A stretch of DNA of 64,000 nt, from contig JAZSEH010000018.1 of assembly GCA_045531585.1 (NCBI GenBank), positions 3,031 through 67,030 on the forward strand, read 5' to 3'. Both the position numbers and the translations under genes were made by a program. Numbering within the stretch: position 1 is the stretch's first letter; every line of letters starts with the position of its first letter. The stretch is from Acutalibacteraceae bacterium (GTDB lineage Bacteria; Bacillota; Clostridia; Oscillospirales; Acutalibacteraceae). Positions 60,738 to 64,000 of the stretch are shown one piece after another. The notes under the pieces are model-generated. The model was not told where the DNA came from and ran no database searches. It saw nothing but the letters and a program-made list of their open reading frames with translations.

Positions 60738-61662
60738 TAAAACTATTGATTTCAACAAAACCTTCAAGCCTGTGCTTATTGCTTATGCCGCAGTTTTGGT
60801 TGTAAGCATTATACTTACCCTTATATTCGGAGTTAATCTTGACATTAACTTTAAGGGTGGTACACGAATTTCCTACTCCTATACAGGAGAAATCTCCACC
60901 GAAAAGGTAAGCCAGACTGTTAAGGGCGTAACCAATGCATCGGTTACCGTAACACAGAGCACCGCTTTAGCAGGTGACACAAGAACCATTACCCTTTCCT
61001 TTGCCGGTAGGGACAGCGTCGATGCTGAGGTTCAACAGAAGCTTACCGAGGCTCTTGAAAAGGATTTTGCCGATAACAAGCCTGCCCTTTACGACTCTAC
61101 ATCGGTTAGCCCCTCGGTTGCTACCGCCTTCTTTGTAAAGACAATGGTTGCAGTTTTACTTGCCGCAATACTTGTTGTTATTTACATCGGCTTCCGCTTC
61201 CGTAAAATAGGCGGTGTATCTGCTGCCATTACAGCCTTTGTTGCACTTATACTTGACGTGCTTATCGCCTTCTTTACCTGTACGGTATTCGGTCTGCAGA
61301 TTGACTCTAACTTTATGGCCGTTGTTCTTACCATATTAGGTTACTCCCTTAACGATACCATCGTTATTTATGACCGTGTTCGTGAGAACCGCCGCCTGTA
61401 TCCCGATAAGACCACCGATGAGCTTGTTAATGACAGTATCAACTCGGTTAAGAAGCGTACCATTATTACCACCACTACCACCATTATTGCGGTATTCACC
61501 ATTGTTGTAGTTTCTGAGCTGCACGGTCTCACCTCACTCCGTAGCTTTGCAATTCCTATGGCTACAGGTCTTGTTTCGGGTACCATTTCCAGCTTATTTA
61601 TCTCAGGTCCCCTTTGGGTTATCTGGAAAAACAACACCGCAAAAAAGGCAAAGAAAAAATAA
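60727..61662 (+). CDS. secF: Protein translocase subunit SecF
   Basis: MLNNKTIDFNKTF start, LDINFKGGT, and GYSLNDTIVIYDRVREN. Overlaps secD by 11 nt. Confidence 0.92.
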   Translation: MLNNKTIDFNKTFKPVLIAYAAVLVVSIILTLIFGVNLDINFKGGTRISYSYTGEISTEKVSQTVKGVTNASVTVTQSTALAGDTRTITLSFAGRDSVDAEVQQKLTEALEKDFADNKPALYDSTSVSPSVATAFFVKTMVAVLLAAILVVIYIGFRFRKIGGVSAAITAFVALILDVLIAFFTCTVFGLQIDSNFMAVVLTILGYSLNDTIVIYDRVRENRRLYPDKTTDELVNDSINSVKKRTIITTTTTIIAVFTIVVVSELHGLTSLRSFAIPMATGLVSGTISSLFISGPLWVIWKNNTAKKAKKK

Positions 61663-61753
61663 TAGATTTGTTTATACTTAATTAACAAATATTGGTTACA
61701 ATAAATGCGGAAGGTTTTTTCCTTCCGCATTTCGATTTTTCGGGGGTGCAAAC

Positions 61754-63490
61754 TTGAATATATCAAATCTAAATAAAGCGGCAATACTCCTTGGGCGTAT
61801 GGGAGATAAAAACAGCCCCACGCAGCCCATTGTTCCCCATAAAAATGAAAAGCCCCTATTACCTGCACTAAATAACGCTTCGGTTACACGGTGTACCCCT
61901 GAGGAGGTTGGCATAAGCAGTGCAGAGCTTATTGCCCTGCTTGATAAGCTAAACCGCGATAAGAGCCTTAATATGCACAGTATAATTATGAGCAGAAACG
62001 GGAAGGTATTTTGTGAGGCCACCTTTGGAACGCACTCCCTTAACCTTCACAAGGCCACCTTTTCTCTGTGCAAAAGCATTGTCAGTCTTGGAATAGGTAT
62101 TGCTATGGACGAAGGCCTTATTTCCCACGATACCAGAGTAATTGATATTTTTGCAGACCTTTGTAATCCCATTATAAGGCTAAAGCTTAAGGAGCTGACA
62201 GTATATCATCTGCTCACTATGCAAAGCGGAATTACCTTCAATGAATTTGAATGTATGACCGATAAGGATTGGGTGCGCAGCTTTTTACGGTCGTCTGCCG
62301 AGGATTTGGGGAAGAAATTCAACTACAACAGCCTTAATACCTATATGCTTGCCGCCATTCTTAACAGAGTAACGGGTATGAAATTTAAGGAGTATATGGA
62401 TAAGAAGCTGTTTGTTCCTTTAGATATTGTTAATTACCATTGGGAGACCTGCCCTTCGGGTATCGAAAAGGGCGGTTGGGGTCTTTATTTAAGTCCTTAC
62501 GATACTTTAAAGCTTGGTATACTTGTTCAAAACGGCGGCCGATATGAGGACAAACAGATAGTAAGCGAGCAATATATTACTGCGGCCACCTCCTTTAAGG
62601 TTAAAACCCCCGCCACTTGCGGTGCCTTTGATTACGGTTATCAAACCTGGGTTGGCAGGGACGGCAAAACCTTTTTGTTTAACGGAATGTTCGGGCAAAA
62701 CTGCCTTGGCTTTAAGGAAAACGGTCTGCTGATAATAAGTAATGCAGGGTGCGATGAGCTTTTTCAAACCAGCGGCTATTACTCTGCCGTGCTTGAATTT
62801 TTCGGCAGAGAATTTCCCTCACAGCTTGCGCCCGATAACAGGGCCTACCGTAAACTTTTAAGGTTTATTGGTTCCCTGAAATTTGCCCCTGAAAGGCCCA
62901 CAATAATTGATAGGCTACTTAGAAGAAATAATCCGTATTCTAAATTAAAGGCTCTTGAAGGGAAAATATCGGAAAGCTTCGGTGCAAACAGTGTGGGACT
63001 GCTCCCAATAGTACTTCAAGCGGTGCATAATAACTACTCCTCAGGTCTTAAAGGTATTGCCTTTAAGAAAGAGAATGATGGTTATTATATGATATACAAT
63101 GAGTTTTCCGCTGAGCATAAAGTGCCTATTGACCCCTTAAATGAAACGAAAGCCGTGCTTACCTTTCACGGCGACAGTTATCTTACAAGTATAACCTGCC
63201 GTTTTGCAGAAAATGAGTATGGTGAGACTGTATTGCTTATTGATATTCACTTTGCAGAGACCCCCTGCACACGGCATATAAAGCTTGTTTTCTTAAATGA
63301 TGGTTTCAGACTTTATCAAAGCGAAACACCGGGAGAAAAAACCATTTCTCTTATTATGGACATGGTACGCGAGACCCTGAAGGGAAAGCCTATTCTCTCC
63401 TCCCTTATGGGAAAGGTGGACGGAGATTATCTTCTATACAAGGCGCACACCATATTTGAGCCTGATATAACTCTTAGTTTTAAGAAATAA
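61754..63490 (+). CDS. Serine hydrolase, beta-lactamase (class C / PBP4*-like) family with C-terminal extension
   Basis: SxxK motif (FSLCKSIVSLGIG) and a YNSLN (YxN) motif. TTG start with a G-rich RBS; an internal ATG alternative exists. Confidence 0.78.
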   Translation: MNISNLNKAAILLGRMGDKNSPTQPIVPHKNEKPLLPALNNASVTRCTPEEVGISSAELIALLDKLNRDKSLNMHSIIMSRNGKVFCEATFGTHSLNLHKATFSLCKSIVSLGIGIAMDEGLISHDTRVIDIFADLCNPIIRLKLKELTVYHLLTMQSGITFNEFECMTDKDWVRSFLRSSAEDLGKKFNYNSLNTYMLAAILNRVTGMKFKEYMDKKLFVPLDIVNYHWETCPSGIEKGGWGLYLSPYDTLKLGILVQNGGRYEDKQIVSEQYITAATSFKVKTPATCGAFDYGYQTWVGRDGKTFLFNGMFGQNCLGFKENGLLIISNAGCDELFQTSGYYSAVLEFFGREFPSQLAPDNRAYRKLLRFIGSLKFAPERPTIIDRLLRRNNPYSKLKALEGKISESFGANSVGLLPIVLQAVHNNYSSGLKGIAFKKENDGYYMIYNEFSAEHKVPIDPLNETKAVLTFHGDSYLTSITCRFAENEYGETVLLIDIHFAETPCTRHIKLVFLNDGFRLYQSETPGEKTISLIMDMVRETLKGKPILSSLMGKVDGDYLLYKAHTIFEPDITLSFKK

Positions 63491-63491
63491 A

Positions 63492-63522
63492 AAAATACCG
63501 ACCTTTAACGGGTCGGTATTTT
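63492..63522. terminator. Bidirectional terminator between the hydrolase and ferredoxin genes
   Basis: 12-bp stem aaaataccgacc / ggtcggtatttt with a 7-nt loop. Confidence 0.75.
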
Positions 63523-63544
63523 CTATATGTTGGTTTATTTTTGA

Positions 63545-63715
63545 TTAACCCTCGGTAATAGCATCTACGGGGCAACCGTCTGCACAAGAACCGCAATCAC
63601 AGCACTTGTCAGCATCGATTACATAATGCTCGTCACCTTCAGAAATAGCCTCTACAGGGCAAGTACCGGCGCAAGCGCCACAGCTGATGCATTCATCAGA
63701 AATTACATATGCCAT
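63545..63715 (-). CDS. 2x[4Fe-4S] ferredoxin
   Basis: 56 aa starting MAYVISDECISCGACAG, with two CxxCxxCxxxCP motifs. Start at ATG 63715. Confidence 0.9.
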   Translation of the reverse strand: MAYVISDECISCGACAGTCPVEAISEGDEHYVIDADKCCDCGSCADGCPVDAITEG

Positions 63716-63801
63716 TTTCAAATACACCTCCATAGTTTAACTGTATACACATTGTAACACATTTCTGTAAAAATGCAAGTGTTTTTGAAAATTTTTAGGG
63801 T

Positions 63802-64000
63802 TTACAGGCAAATAAGAAGTGCTTTATCTACTTCAAGAATATCGCTTTCAAGGGTATTTAACTCCATTATCTCATCCACACTACCGTTATATCTCCTTGC
63901 AATATCCCACACGTTCTCGCCTTTTTCAGCGTAATATGCCACCACGGCGCCCTGCAGTCTTCCGCTCTTTTCAAGCTCATCTCCCACCGATATATCAACA
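63802..64000 (-). CDS. LysM domain-containing protein, C-terminal part only (gene continues beyond the window)
   Basis: The C-terminal YYAEKGENVWDIARRYNGSVDEIMELN matches the LysM consensus. The frame is open to the window edge. Confidence 0.6.
   Translation of the reverse strand, partial: VDISVGDELEKSGRLQGAVVAYYAEKGENVWDIARRYNGSVDEIMELNTLESDILEVDKALLICL

Overview
This is a chromosomal, mostly housekeeping segment of a spore-forming Firmicute. The Clostridia-like assignment is an inference from the hup / S4 / yabP / yabQ / divIC / S1 block, a yabM/spoVB-type flippase, CIRCE-groESL and near-consensus TTGACA-17-TATAAT promoters. There are about 60 genes. Nearly all lie on the minus strand up to ~57.7 kb; after that they lie on the plus strand.

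Content from left to right:
- the tail of a glycan/EPS cluster (GT4, GT2, priming sugar transferase) and an MFS-like transporter
- a ~15 kb co-directional array: aroE-aroK-DAHP synthase-aroB-aroA-aroC-pheA-proS-lemA-TPM-alaS-HIT-PRT-comEC
- acpP, a 47-aa membrane microprotein and a DUF1273/SLOG gene
- groES-groEL with CIRCE
- a lipid kinase, a THUMP methyltransferase and a fumarate hydratase alpha subunit
- the sporulation/division block
- mtnN, hemZ-like, an MBL hydrolase, dtd, relA, recJ and serC-serA
- a cation/proton antiporter and a TIGR01212 radical SAM + DUF4091 pair
- NUDIX, xylB-xylA-GH43 with a divergent AraC regulator, and copA
- a Gfo/Idh/MocA oxidoreductase, a lipoprotein, rny, an aminotransferase, secD-secF, a beta-lactamase-family hydrolase, ferredoxin and a partial LysM protein

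I found no CRISPR array, tRNA/rRNA, transposase, integrase or phage genes, and no convincing novel multi-gene system.

The observations most worth a second look are:
- a 148-nt duplication of the xylA 3' end that brackets the GH43 gene and has a sharp mosaic breakpoint
- a CopA with a C-terminal CopZ-like domain that keeps its own Shine-Dalgarno and ATG
- a self-contained microprotein gene next to a ~300-nt silent spacer
- two promoters placed so that transcription should start on the ATG (leaderless candidates)
- small gene remnants (a HAD N-terminus and the xylA tail)

All coordinates and motif counts were read by eye from the sequence. No searches were run.
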